This document shows, one piece after another, positions 44,279 through 54,469 of a stretch of DNA of 64,000 nucleotides. The stretch's first letter is position 1, and each line of letters starts with the position of its first letter. This stretch comes from Candidatus Levyibacteriota bacterium. Lineage in GTDB: Bacteria; Patescibacteriota; Microgenomatia; Levybacterales; UBA12049. The position numbers and the translations under genes were made by a program. The stretch covers positions 624,236-688,235 of the forward strand of contig CP066685.1 in assembly GCA_016432345.1 (NCBI GenBank). The letters run 5' to 3'. The notes under the pieces were generated by a model. That model ran no database searches, was not told where the DNA came from, and saw only the letters and a list, made by a program, of their open reading frames with translations.

Positions 44279-45094
44279 ATGTGGGAAACAATTAAAAATG
44301 AGTGGCAGGCAAAAGTCACAATTGTTCTCTACCTCCTCCTTACTCTCTGGTGGATTCTTGATCCAATCGTCCTGGGCCAGAAGCATGAACGAATCATTGG
44401 TGATTTTGCGAATATCTACTTTATTATGCCTCTTTGGGGTGGCATATGGGGAATTGCAGTATCTAGAAAATGGGGTGGCCATAAAAGCCTAATGGGAAAA
44501 GCAATTTTAATGTTTTCACTAGGATTACTTGCACAAGTGTTTGGAGAGAATGCTTATGCATATTATTCGTTCATTTTGAAAATTGCAATTCCTTATCCAT
44601 CTTTAGGCGATCTGGGTTATTTTGGCAGCATTCCATGTTACATTTATGGTACTTACCTTCTTGCAAAAGCTTCAGGCACAAGTATAAAACTTAAGAGTTT
44701 AGGGAATAAGCTGCAAGCTATTATCATTCCGCTCGTAATGTTGACTATAGGTTATGTTCTATTTTTGCGAGGATATGAATTCGACTGGTCAAATCCCTTG
44801 AGAGTATTTCTTGATTTTGGCTATCCTCTAACTCAAGCAATTTATATCTCTCTTGCTCTTCTAACATATCTTCTTTCAAAAGAAGTTCTGGGCGGAATTA
44901 TGAAAAGCAAGATATTGTTTATTCTTTTTGCATTACTTATTCAATTTTTATCCGACTATAATTTTCTTTATCAGGTAAGCAGAGAAACGTGGGTAACAGG
45001 AGGATATGGAAACATGTTGTACTTAAGTGCTTATTTTACTATGACGCTTGCTTTGATTCAGTTAGGAACTGTGTTGAAAAAACTAAAGGAGTAA
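44279..45094 (+). CDS. polytopic membrane protein, paralog of the STAND C-terminal domain
   Basis: 271 aa. It aligns by eye with residues ~400-676 of the 39427 gene. Example: WGGHKSLMGKAILMFSLGLLAQVFGENAYAYY...PYPSLGDLGYFGSIP against WGGLKTLLGKATFMFSMGLFMQVFGQVAYAYY...PYPSVGDLGFFGTIP. Confidence 0.65.
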   Translation: MWETIKNEWQAKVTIVLYLLLTLWWILDPIVLGQKHERIIGDFANIYFIMPLWGGIWGIAVSRKWGGHKSLMGKAILMFSLGLLAQVFGENAYAYYSFILKIAIPYPSLGDLGYFGSIPCYIYGTYLLAKASGTSIKLKSLGNKLQAIIIPLVMLTIGYVLFLRGYEFDWSNPLRVFLDFGYPLTQAIYISLALLTYLLSKEVLGGIMKSKILFILFALLIQFLSDYNFLYQVSRETWVTGGYGNMLYLSAYFTMTLALIQLGTVLKKLKE

Positions 45095-45101
45095 ATTCAT
45101 T

Positions 45102-45380
45102 ATGGATATTTTTGGGCAAATGGCGGAAAAGATTATTGAGCAGCAGGAGAGTATTATTGGGCCTGTAGCTTTGGAACAGGCTCGTAAAGTTCATGGGCTT
45201 AATGTAGATTGGCAAAAGCATGAGGTGGCTTTTGATGGTAACAAGACAGACATTGTCGAACATCTGGTTGAGCAGTATCAAGGGCTTTTTGGGCAAGCAT
45301 CGGTTGAAGCCTGCAAAGAGGCAGTACGGGGAATTATTTCTGAAGTTCCTCAAAACCAAATTCCCGCTTTACTCCGCTAA
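45102..45380 (+). CDS. hypothetical small protein
   Basis: 92-aa ORF between the membrane paralog and the histidine kinase. Confidence 0.4.
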   Translation: MDIFGQMAEKIIEQQESIIGPVALEQARKVHGLNVDWQKHEVAFDGNKTDIVEHLVEQYQGLFGQASVEACKEAVRGIISEVPQNQIPALLR

Positions 45381-45405
45381 CATAAACATACTATAATTAA
45401 TAACA

Positions 45406-46815
45406 ATGGATATTTCCGATACTGCCCAAGGTTTTACAGATGTTCCAACTATTCCCCCTCCTACAAACACAGCATTGGCTGTTGAATTGGCCCACGTTAC
45501 CCAGGAAATGTATAAAAAAAATTTCGAACTGGTAGAACGTAATAAAGCGCTTTCCATCCTTCGAAAAATCCACGAGATTATTTTAAGTTCTGTTACCGAT
45601 ACCAAACAAATTGCCGAACAAGTTGCCAACACTGTTGCCACTGAGGCAGAGTTTAAGGCTGTGATTATTTTAATGATTGATAAAGATAAGAATGTCTTAA
45701 CCCGCCTGGCAATGTCGCAAACACAGCCGCTGGCCAAATCGGAAGTCGTGCTTGGCAGGCCTTTTTTTCCAGAAAATATTTCGTTAATCGAAGAAGAAAA
45801 TCTGGTTATTAAAGCAATAAAAGGAAAAAACATTGAAATAACACACGATCTTTTGGAAGTACTAAAGCCTTATGCCTTCCAAAATCAAATAGATCAGCTT
45901 CAAACTGTTTTACAAATAAAGTCTTCTCTTATTTACCCCTTTATTGTGAGAGACGAAGTTATTGGGGCAATGATTATTTGTATCGGCGAAAGCGAGGCGC
46001 TTTTGTTTCAGTATCAGCAGGATCTTATCGAACGATTATCGGGTGTAGTTGGCATTGCCATAGATAATGCTCTTTTATACAAAGAACTGCAGCAGGCAAA
46101 TGAAATGCTGCAGCAGCTTGATAAATTAAAAGACGAATTTGTGTCTTTGGCATCGCATGAACTTCGGACCCCGATGACAGCTATCAAATCATATCTGTGG
46201 ATGGCCCTTTCTGGCAAAGGCGGAGTGTTGCCGGAAAAATTAAAATTTTATTTGGACAGAGCGTATAAATCAACCGATCGGCTTATAAAGTTGGTCAATG
46301 ACATGCTTAATGTTTCACGGATCGAATCGGGAAGAATAATCTTATCTTTAAAAGAGGTAAAATATAATGATTTAATAAACGAGGTGATAGCAGAGATTAC
46401 GCCCCGGGCGCAGGAACTGGGTATTCATATTGCTTTTTCGCCTGTTAATTTATCGGATGTTTCTGCCGATCCTGATAAATTAAAAGAGGTGCTTATTAAT
46501 CTCATTGGCAATTCTCTTAAATTTACGCCACAGGGAGGAATTATTACTATTTCCGCTTTGCCGCAAAACGGCATGATATTAACCTCTGTTAAAGATACAG
46601 GCAAAGGAATTGCCAAAGAAGATGTGCCTAAGCTTTTTCAAAAATTTGCCATGCTTGGCAATAATTATTTAGTGAAACAAGATACTCAAGGAACGGGTTT
46701 AGGACTTTATATATCCAAATCACTTATCGAACTTCATGGAGGAAAAATTTGGGTAGATTCAGAGGGGATAGATAAAGGAACAACGTTTTACTTTACCTTA
46801 AAATATGCTACTTAG
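45406..46815 (+). CDS. cytoplasmic sensor histidine kinase (GAF-like + HisKA + HATPase_c)
   Basis: 469 aa. H-box SHELRTPMTAI, N-box NLIGNSLKFT, G-boxes DTGKGI and GTGLGLYISK. No TM helix. Confidence 0.9.
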   Translation: MDISDTAQGFTDVPTIPPPTNTALAVELAHVTQEMYKKNFELVERNKALSILRKIHEIILSSVTDTKQIAEQVANTVATEAEFKAVIILMIDKDKNVLTRLAMSQTQPLAKSEVVLGRPFFPENISLIEEENLVIKAIKGKNIEITHDLLEVLKPYAFQNQIDQLQTVLQIKSSLIYPFIVRDEVIGAMIICIGESEALLFQYQQDLIERLSGVVGIAIDNALLYKELQQANEMLQQLDKLKDEFVSLASHELRTPMTAIKSYLWMALSGKGGVLPEKLKFYLDRAYKSTDRLIKLVNDMLNVSRIESGRIILSLKEVKYNDLINEVIAEITPRAQELGIHIAFSPVNLSDVSADPDKLKEVLINLIGNSLKFTPQGGIITISALPQNGMILTSVKDTGKGIAKEDVPKLFQKFAMLGNNYLVKQDTQGTGLGLYISKSLIELHGGKIWVDSEGIDKGTTFYFTLKYAT

Positions 46816-47182
46816 ACAAATAAACTTCTACTTCTTTAATTAAATCACCAGGAGTTAATTGACTTTTAATAAGGTATCCATCGCCTAATTCAAGCGCTTG
46901 TTTTATTTCTTCATCCTTGTCTAAATTTGTTAAAAAAATTAATCTTTTATTAGGAGTCATTGTTCCTTCTGTTTTAATTTTTTTCATTATAGAAAGACCA
47001 TCATTTTTGGGTAAAATAATATCTAATAGAACCAAATCATACCCGCCCTGTTTTATTTTTTGATACGCTTCCTCTCCATCTACAGCTATATCTATATTGT
47101 ACCCTTCGGAGGTTAAAGTTTCTACATATACTTCCCGCAAAAATTCATCGTCCTCCACCACCAAAATTTTAGCCTTATCCAT
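46808..47182 (-). CDS. single-domain (CheY-like) response regulator
   Basis: 124 aa from the ATG at 47182 (MDKAKILVVEDDEF...DLVLLDIILP...). The tracked longer start adds a non-homologous extension. Confidence 0.9.
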   Translation of the reverse strand: MDKAKILVVEDDEFLREVYVETLTSEGYNIDIAVDGEEAYQKIKQGGYDLVLLDIILPKNDGLSIMKKIKTEGTMTPNKRLIFLTNLDKDEEIKQALELGDGYLIKSQLTPGDLIKEVEVYLSK

Positions 47183-47254
47183 TATGCCTTGAGAGTAACA
47201 CTGCTTTTTGCAAAAGTCAAGAGGAATGATATAATAAAAGATCGCAAAAATTAT

Positions 47255-50134
47255 ATGGATAAAATAATTATTAAAGGCGCTCGGGAACACAACCTAAAAA
47301 ACATTGATTTGGAAATTCCCAAAAACAAGTTTGTGGTTTTTACCGGGCTTTCCGGCAGTGGAAAATCATCGCTTGCTTTTGACACCATTTACGCCGAAGG
47401 ACAACGCCGTTATGTCGAATCCCTTTCTTCTTATGCTCGGCAGTTTTTGGGAATGATGAAAAAGCCCGATGTAGATGTGATTGACGGTTTGTCTCCGGCA
47501 ATCTCGATAGATCAAAAAAGCACCTCTCACAATCCGCGGTCTACTGTTGGCACAATTACCGAAATTTACGATTACTTGCGGCTTTTGTTTGCCAGAGTGG
47601 GACACCCGCATTGTTCCAACTGCGGTCGGGAAATTTCCAAATTTTCAAAAGAGCAAATAACAGAAAACATTTTTGATTTAGCAAAAAACGCTGCCAGTAA
47701 AGCTGGTATTCGATTACTGCTTCTTGCTCCTCTGGTTAAAGATCGAAAAGGTGAATACACCCAACTCTTTTTGGATTTACGCAAACAAGGATATAAAAAA
47801 GTTAGGATTGATAAAGTAATTTACAATATCAATGAAAAATTTACTCTTATTAAAACCAATAAACATACTATAGAACTTGTTGTTGATGCAGTTGTTTTAA
47901 GTAAACTTACCGATAGAGATAGAATAGCAAGCGGCGTTGAACAAGCCCTTCGATATGGAAACGGCGAAATGATTGTGGGGAAAATACAAGATAAAGGATT
48001 TTCCATACCAGAAATACCAACAAAAATAGAAGACATACTATTTTCCGAAAAATTTGCCTGTCCTGTTTGCAACATTTCCATCCCAGAAATAACACCCAGA
48101 ATTTTTTCCTTTAATACTCCGCACGGCGCGTGTCCAACTTGTAATGGACTGGGAACAATTCTGACCGTGGATAAAGATTTGGTTTTTAATAATAACCTTT
48201 CTATCAACGAAGGGGGCATACTCCCTTTTCAAAATATAGACGAACAGGACACTTGGTTTTCCAGAACATTTAAAACGTTTTGCCAGGATAATGGCATTTC
48301 TTTGTCTGTTAGTCTTTCTTTGTTACCCAAAGAAAAAAAAGAGTTAGTTTTTAATGGAACAGGAGAAAAAGAATATGCGGTTATGGGAAAAAATAGACAT
48401 GGGCATGACACAGTTATTCACGAACCATTCCGAGGAATACTTTTTGAATTAAAACAAAGGCACCACGAGACAGAATCGGTATTTTTAAGATCACAGATTG
48501 AAAAATTTATGCGTTATGAATTATGTGGTGAATGCCACGGACATAGACTAAAAAAAGAAGCGCTTGGTGTTGCGATCAATGGTAAATCAATTGTTCAAGT
48601 ATGTGATATGCCAATTGATGAAGCCTTTATTTTTATTGATAATCTTACCAATCTGCTTTCTACAAAAGAGCAGGAAATCGGCAAAATTGTTATTAAAGAA
48701 ATTAAAACGAGACTTAAATTTTTAAGAGATGTTGGCTTGTCTTATTTAACTCTTTCCCGCGGCGCGCAAACACTTTCCGGCGGAGAAGCTCAACGCATAC
48801 GGCTTGCCTCGCAAATTGGCAGCGGATTAACAGGAGTGTTGTATGTATTAGACGAGCCATCAATTGGACTTCATCAAAAAGATAACGAAAAGCTTATCCA
48901 GACACTTAAAAAGTTGCGGGATCTAGGAAATACAGTTATTGTGGTCGAACACGACGAAGAAACAATGCAATCTTGCGATATGATTGTGGATTTTGGTCCT
49001 GGCGCTGGCGAAGGCGGCGGATTTGTTGTTGCGCAAGGAACACCAGAGGAAATAATGAAAAATGAAAAGTCTTTGACTGGCAAATATCTATCCAAAAAGA
49101 AAAAGATAGAAGTTAAAAATTCTATGAAGGATAAATCAACCAACCAATTAACCATCTATGGCGCCAAAGAACATAATCTAAAAAACATTGACGTCTCATT
49201 TCCACTTGGTAAATTTATTGTGATAACAGGTGTTTCGGGCAGTGGTAAATCAACGTTAATTCATGACATTTTGTATCACGCGCTGATGCAAAAAATAAAT
49301 CCATATCACAGGCAAAAACCAGGAGCATTTGCAAAAATGCAAGGTGATGAATATATTAGAAATGTTTTTTTAATTGACCAATCGCCAATTGGCAGAACGC
49401 CCAGAAGCAATCCAACAACATATACAGGCTGTTTCTCGTATATTCGAGACTTGTTTGCTAGCACCAAAGAAGCAAAATTAAAAGGATACGAACCTGGAAG
49501 ATTTTCTTTTAATGTTAAAGGTGGCAGATGCGAGGCTTGCGAGGGAGAAGGTCAAATTAAAATAGAGATGCAGTTTCTACCAGATGTCTATATCACCTGC
49601 GAGGTTTGCAATGGCAAACAATACACCAAAGAAGCATTAAGCGTTTTGTTTAATGGCAAAAGTATTGCCGATGTGTTAGCAATGAGCGTACAGGAAGCAT
49701 TATCCTTTTTCTCTTTTGTGCCAAACCTTTCTCATAAATTACAAATTCTAAACGATGTTGGTTTGTCCTACATTAAACTTGGTCAACCGGCGCCAACCCT
49801 ATCTGGCGGAGAAGCGCAACGGGTAAAACTGGCATCAGAATTGGCAAAAAGAGGAAAAGATGCCATATATCTTTTAGATGAACCAACCACTGGTCTTCAT
49901 TTTGCCGATTTAGAAAAACTTCTCCAAGTACTGCGCCGTCTGGTTGATATTGGCAATACTGTCATAGTTATTGAGCATAATTTAGATATGATTAGAAACG
50001 CAGATTATATTATTGACCTAGGTCCCGAAGGCGGGGACAGCGGCGGAAACATTGTTGGCGTTGGCAAACCTTCTGCTATTATGAATATTAAAACTTCTTA
50101 TACAGGACAATTTCTTAAAAAAACTCTACAATAA
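47255..50134 (+). CDS. uvrA: excinuclease ABC subunit A
   Basis: 959 aa from the ATG at 47255 ([22 protein letters not shown]). It has two ABC modules ([18 protein letters not shown]), Zn-finger Cys pairs and LSGGEAQR signatures. Confidence 0.97.
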   Translation: MDKIIIKGAREHNLKNIDLEIPKNKFVVFTGLSGSGKSSLAFDTIYAEGQRRYVESLSSYARQFLGMMKKPDVDVIDGLSPAISIDQKSTSHNPRSTVGTITEIYDYLRLLFARVGHPHCSNCGREISKFSKEQITENIFDLAKNAASKAGIRLLLLAPLVKDRKGEYTQLFLDLRKQGYKKVRIDKVIYNINEKFTLIKTNKHTIELVVDAVVLSKLTDRDRIASGVEQALRYGNGEMIVGKIQDKGFSIPEIPTKIEDILFSEKFACPVCNISIPEITPRIFSFNTPHGACPTCNGLGTILTVDKDLVFNNNLSINEGGILPFQNIDEQDTWFSRTFKTFCQDNGISLSVSLSLLPKEKKELVFNGTGEKEYAVMGKNRHGHDTVIHEPFRGILFELKQRHHETESVFLRSQIEKFMRYELCGECHGHRLKKEALGVAINGKSIVQVCDMPIDEAFIFIDNLTNLLSTKEQEIGKIVIKEIKTRLKFLRDVGLSYLTLSRGAQTLSGGEAQRIRLASQIGSGLTGVLYVLDEPSIGLHQKDNEKLIQTLKKLRDLGNTVIVVEHDEETMQSCDMIVDFGPGAGEGGGFVVAQGTPEEIMKNEKSLTGKYLSKKKKIEVKNSMKDKSTNQLTIYGAKEHNLKNIDVSFPLGKFIVITGVSGSGKSTLIHDILYHALMQKINPYHRQKPGAFAKMQGDEYIRNVFLIDQSPIGRTPRSNPTTYTGCFSYIRDLFASTKEAKLKGYEPGRFSFNVKGGRCEACEGEGQIKIEMQFLPDVYITCEVCNGKQYTKEALSVLFNGKSIADVLAMSVQEALSFFSFVPNLSHKLQILNDVGLSYIKLGQPAPTLSGGEAQRVKLASELAKRGKDAIYLLDEPTTGLHFADLEKLLQVLRRLVDIGNTVIVIEHNLDMIRNADYIIDLGPEGGDSGGNIVGVGKPSAIMNIKTSYTGQFLKKTLQ

Positions 50135-50138
50135 AAAA

Positions 50139-51704
50139 GTGAACAAAATTCTTCTAATTATTATCTTTTTTTTTATTTTTCAATTCTTAACTTTTAACTC
50201 TCAACTTGCATCCGCTTTGGAACTGTATAAGATATCTTACGACACAACATATACAGTAAAAGAGGATGGACTGACCCATGTTTTATTTCAAATTGTTTTA
50301 ACTAACACCACCAGTCAAAACTACCCTACTTCTTATAAAGTAAAAGTTGAGTTTTCTTCGATAGACAACATCTCTGCTTTTGATCCAGATGGAATTATAA
50401 AACCTCATATTACAAAGACCCAAGACGGACAAACAATAGAACTTATCTTTAATAAAAAAGTTGTTGGAAAAGATAAAAAACTCCCTTTTTCGCTGTCGTT
50501 TACAACATCCGATGTTGCCAAAAAACATGGGCGTAAATGGGAAGTCAACATACCGCCAATTTCTCATCAAAACAATTTTGAGGATTATAATGTGCGAATA
50601 AAAGTCCCGTCAAGTTTTGGCACGCCTGCTTATATAAAGCCAAATAATTATTTGGAGGATTTATATTTTACAAAAGAACTTTTGGGAAAGTCTGGTATTT
50701 CCATAAGTTTTGGGGATAAACAATACTACAGTTATAAACTGACATATCATTTGCAAAACAAGTTTCTTTTTCCAACCTATTCAGAAATTGCCATACCGCC
50801 AACAACTAATTATCAACGTGTCATCATAGATGATATCGCCCCAAAACCAATAAATGTAAGAGAAGATTTAGACGGCAATTGGCTGGCGCAATATTTGCTT
50901 ACCCCCGGTAAAAAAATAGACGTTGTTGTGCAGGGTAGAGCAGAGGTATCTTTTTCTCCAAGTCCATCAAAACTCAACCAAGAGTTAAAAGCTTTATATC
51001 TTGTGGAAAAACCTTATTGGGAAATAGATTGGAAAATGAAAGATAAGGCAATAAAACTTAAAACTCCCAAAAACATTTATAATTACGTTGTAAATAATTT
51101 AACTTACGATTTTTCCAGAGTCAGTGATAATTTAAAGCGATTGGGCGCAAAAGAAGTTTTCTATAATGGCACATCTGCTGTGTGTCTTGAATTTACCGAT
51201 CTTTTTGTCGCTCTTTCCCGCGCCGCCGGCATACCAGCAAGAGAAATTGATGGTTTTGCCTATACCCAAAACCAAAAACAGCGGCCGTTATCGAAAATAA
51301 AAGATATCCTGCATGCCTGGCCAGAGTATTACGATGAAGAAAGACAAATGTGGATTATGGTTGATCCAACCTGGGGAAATACCACATCTGGCATTGATTA
51401 TTTCCATACGCTTGATTTTGATCATTTAGCATTTGTAATTAAAGGCGCAAACAGTCAATATCCCATTCCCGCAGGCGGCTACAAAATAAAAGGGCTGGAA
51501 AATATAAAAGATGTGCAGGTTTCGTTTGCATCAAAGTTTTTGACAAATGAAAAGTCAGCGATTACAATTCAACTTAAAGAAAAAGAAAGCAGTATTGGTA
51601 TTTTTTTAATAATGGGAGGTATATTTGGCGCAATTTTTACGATCATCATATTATTTATTACCCCAAGTTTCTGGCATTTACCTTTTTTTAGACGAAAACG
51701 GTAA
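50139..51704 (+). CDS. transglutaminase-like domain protein, N-terminal signal and C-terminal TM anchor
   Basis: 521 aa. Cys-His-Asp core: AVCLEFTDLFVALSRAAGIPAR, HAWPEYY, MVDPT. Confidence 0.7.
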   Translation: MNKILLIIIFFFIFQFLTFNSQLASALELYKISYDTTYTVKEDGLTHVLFQIVLTNTTSQNYPTSYKVKVEFSSIDNISAFDPDGIIKPHITKTQDGQTIELIFNKKVVGKDKKLPFSLSFTTSDVAKKHGRKWEVNIPPISHQNNFEDYNVRIKVPSSFGTPAYIKPNNYLEDLYFTKELLGKSGISISFGDKQYYSYKLTYHLQNKFLFPTYSEIAIPPTTNYQRVIIDDIAPKPINVREDLDGNWLAQYLLTPGKKIDVVVQGRAEVSFSPSPSKLNQELKALYLVEKPYWEIDWKMKDKAIKLKTPKNIYNYVVNNLTYDFSRVSDNLKRLGAKEVFYNGTSAVCLEFTDLFVALSRAAGIPAREIDGFAYTQNQKQRPLSKIKDILHAWPEYYDEERQMWIMVDPTWGNTTSGIDYFHTLDFDHLAFVIKGANSQYPIPAGGYKIKGLENIKDVQVSFASKFLTNEKSAITIQLKEKESSIGIFLIMGGIFGAIFTIIILFITPSFWHLPFFRRKR

Positions 51705-52890
51705 CGCACTCTACGTGGGAAAGGCCAAAAACCTTAAAAATAGAGTTTCTTCTTATTTCTCCAAACAAGTAAGTGGCGAAAAAACAAAAGCGCTGGTGGC
51801 AAAAATCGACAAAATCAAAATTATCAAAGTATCTTCCGAACTTGAATCACTGCTTCTGGAAGCATATTATATTAAAAAATATCATCCGCCATATAATATT
51901 ATCTTAACCGATGATAAAAACTATTTGCTTATTAAAATAACAAAGAATCAACGTCCCAAAGTATTGTTGGCTCGACAAGCGGACGACCCCAAATCTATTT
52001 ATTTTGGTCCTTTCCCAAGCTCTAAAACAGTAAAGATGGTTTTGCGACGCTTGCGAAAAATCTTTCCTTTTCAATCTGTTATAAACCATCCAAAACGAAT
52101 TTGTCTTTTTAATCATCTTGGATTATGTCCTTGTCCGCCGGTTTTTAATTCACCAGAACACAAAAAAACATATAGAAAAAACATAAATAATCTGGTGCGA
52201 TTTTTGCAAGGAAAGACGCAGCAAGTTATTAATAATCTCAAAAAAGAAAGAGGCATGTTTTCTAAAAAAGAACAATTCGAACAAGCGAATGCAGTTCAAA
52301 AACAAATTGACGCCATTATCTATATCACAAGTCCCATTCGTAAACCAATAGAATACGAGATAAATCCTAACTTGTCGGAAGATTTAAGGCAAAAAGAACT
52401 TCAAGACCTGTCGGTACATTTAAAAATCGGAAATATTCAAAAAATTGAGTGTTTTGATATTTCCAATACCTCTGGCACAAACGCAACTGGTTCAATGGCA
52501 GTTTTCAACAATGGCGAAAAAGATCCGAGCAGCTATCGAAGGTTTAAAATTAGATTGACAAGCGGCCCAAATGATTTTGTCATGATGCAAGAAGTTATAC
52601 AAAGAAGACTCAAACATGCAGAATGGCAATTTCCAGATTTAATTATTGTTGATGGGGGAAAAGGACAAATTTCCTCTGCTCTCAAAGCACTTAAAGATGC
52701 CAACATAATAATTCCAGTTATCGGACTTGCTAAAAGAGAGGAAGTTATTATTACACAGGATTTTAGAGAAATACGACTGCCAAAAAGTTCAAAAGCTCTT
52801 CATCTTGTGATGCGGATTCGAGACGAAGCCCACCGCTTTGCCATTACCTACCACCGCAAACTCAGATCAAAATTCACATTACTTTCTTAA
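51625..52890 (+). CDS. uvrC: excinuclease ABC subunit C, compact form without a C-terminal (HhH)2 region
   Basis: 421 aa. GIY-YIG (SGIYLFLDENGNALYVGKAKNLKNRVSSYF), a UVR-like helix pair, and an RNase H-like domain ending RDEAHRFAITYHRKLR. Confidence 0.85.
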   Translation: MAQFLRSSYYLLPQVSGIYLFLDENGNALYVGKAKNLKNRVSSYFSKQVSGEKTKALVAKIDKIKIIKVSSELESLLLEAYYIKKYHPPYNIILTDDKNYLLIKITKNQRPKVLLARQADDPKSIYFGPFPSSKTVKMVLRRLRKIFPFQSVINHPKRICLFNHLGLCPCPPVFNSPEHKKTYRKNINNLVRFLQGKTQQVINNLKKERGMFSKKEQFEQANAVQKQIDAIIYITSPIRKPIEYEINPNLSEDLRQKELQDLSVHLKIGNIQKIECFDISNTSGTNATGSMAVFNNGEKDPSSYRRFKIRLTSGPNDFVMMQEVIQRRLKHAEWQFPDLIIVDGGKGQISSALKALKDANIIIPVIGLAKREEVIITQDFREIRLPKSSKALHLVMRIRDEAHRFAITYHRKLRSKFTLLS

Positions 52891-54234
52891 TAGTTCATAT
52901 TCATAAGGGAAATAGAGAAATGTGGCAGGGGAGTCGGCGAGCAGGTATTTTTGAAAGTCAGCATATATTTTTCCCCTTTCTTCTATATTGCCTAATTTTC
53001 TACCATCTTCCAATAGCTTATCAATTCTTTTATTTTCGAAGTGTGTAATATTATTTGTTTGATTAGAATGCCAAAGCGTATATTGATCAGGATCTTTTGG
53101 TAAATAAAAGTTACCCAGAAATATTTGAAACTTTGACGGAATAGAATCAACCACTACTATTTTTGACTCAATACCTATTTTTTTCCAAGCACTTAAAACA
53201 TCTTTTGCCGTCTGTTCGTATCTTGGCAGAGTTTTTATTTCCAGCTTAAAATCAGCGCTTTTTGTACCAATATCAGAGGAAGAAAGTAAAATTTTTGCCT
53301 GCTCTATATCATAAGATAAAGTAAAATTTTCCGAAAACGCCCATGATTTTGGGGAAATTGGTCCATATGCCCGCTCTCCTTGAGAAAAAACATCGGGTAT
53401 TGCATAACTTAGCGCGCTACGTAAGCGTTTATCCGAAAGCACTGAATCTTTTGTATTATAAAATAAAGTAACAAGCTGCTCATAATTAGTAGTTTTTGTC
53501 GCTTTTGTATTTGGAAAACGATCAAGCTGCATATCTTTATACGAAACATTAGGCAATCCCCGTATTTGAGAAACCTCGCCTAGCATATAGGCTATTTTTA
53601 AAGCGTCAAGAGTAGGATAAAATTGATATGTCTTTGTTTTGTAAGGATTGTTTTTGACAGCCAAAATAATTGTTTGAATAAAGTTTCCATTAACTTTTAC
53701 ATCTTTAACAATATAAGGTCCTATTCCAATAAAACCTTTTTTAAAAATTGGCCGTGAAACGCTTACTAAAAACGGACTATAGGCATCTTTTAACTCGAAA
53801 ATAACCGTTTGTTTGCTTGGCCTTGATACTTTTACATCTGAAAAGCGATATGAGATAGCATCCGAACTTACCCTTGTACCATCACTAAAGAGTGTGTTAT
53901 CTTTTAGAAAAAAAGTATACTTTTTACCATCGTTGTCAATCTTCCACTGTTTAGCAATAGCGGGAATGGGTTTTTTGTCCTGCGATATTTCTGTTAGTCC
54001 TTTTGAAATATCGGCCAAAATATACGAAGGCAAAGACTCCAGGGTGTACGCGCCTGTTATCCCGATAGACTCGTTTCGCCCAATCGGGATTTTTGGTATG
54101 AGGTATTTCAAAAACGTCAAAAGAACAAAAAATGCCAGCAGTCCAACAACAAATGATACAATAATGGTTTTTCCCCATTTTCTAATGTATTCACGAATAA
54201 GCCAATATAGCAATCGCCTTCTAAATACGATCAT
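52879..54234 (-). CDS. ABC-transporter family-5 (peptide/nickel-type) substrate-binding protein, membrane anchored
   Basis: 451 aa. WKIDNDGKKYTFFLKDNTLFSDGTRVSSDAI is the typical SBP_bac_5 N-terminal pattern. Confidence 0.7.
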   Translation of the reverse strand: MIVFRRRLLYWLIREYIRKWGKTIIVSFVVGLLAFFVLLTFLKYLIPKIPIGRNESIGITGAYTLESLPSYILADISKGLTEISQDKKPIPAIAKQWKIDNDGKKYTFFLKDNTLFSDGTRVSSDAISYRFSDVKVSRPSKQTVIFELKDAYSPFLVSVSRPIFKKGFIGIGPYIVKDVKVNGNFIQTIILAVKNNPYKTKTYQFYPTLDALKIAYMLGEVSQIRGLPNVSYKDMQLDRFPNTKATKTTNYEQLVTLFYNTKDSVLSDKRLRSALSYAIPDVFSQGERAYGPISPKSWAFSENFTLSYDIEQAKILLSSSDIGTKSADFKLEIKTLPRYEQTAKDVLSAWKKIGIESKIVVVDSIPSKFQIFLGNFYLPKDPDQYTLWHSNQTNNITHFENKRIDKLLEDGRKLGNIEERGKIYADFQKYLLADSPATFLYFPYEYELLRK

Positions 54235-54243
54235 AGTATTACT

Positions 54244-54456
54244 TTATCGAGGGATAAGAAGCGCAATTGACAAAATACAAAACAAGACAGCAAGCGCGAT
54301 GGTTATCCAAAGAAGTATTTTTTCCGCGCTTCGTCTGCTTCTGTAAAATTCTCCGCCGCCGCCAAAAGCAGTTGACAATCCACTTCCCTGCGCCTGAAGA
54401 AGTATTACGGCAATAAGCATAACCGCAATAATAATTTGAAATCCAACTATAAGCAT
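54244..54456 (-). CDS. secG: preprotein translocase subunit SecG
   Basis: 70 aa from the ATG at 54456. Two TM helices with a LLQAQGSGLSTAFGGGG loop. Confidence 0.8.
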   Translation of the reverse strand: MLIVGFQIIIAVMLIAVILLQAQGSGLSTAFGGGGEFYRSRRSAEKILLWITIALAVLFCILSIALLIPR

Positions 54457-54469
54457 AAACACATTATAA

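Noticed and set aside
46808-47290. Long tracked starts of the response regulator (47290) and uvrA (47189), which would make the two divergent genes overlap.
   Set aside because: Homology begins at the internal Met codons (47182 and 47255). The extensions are hydrophobic or low-complexity and lack homology, so there is no real overlap.
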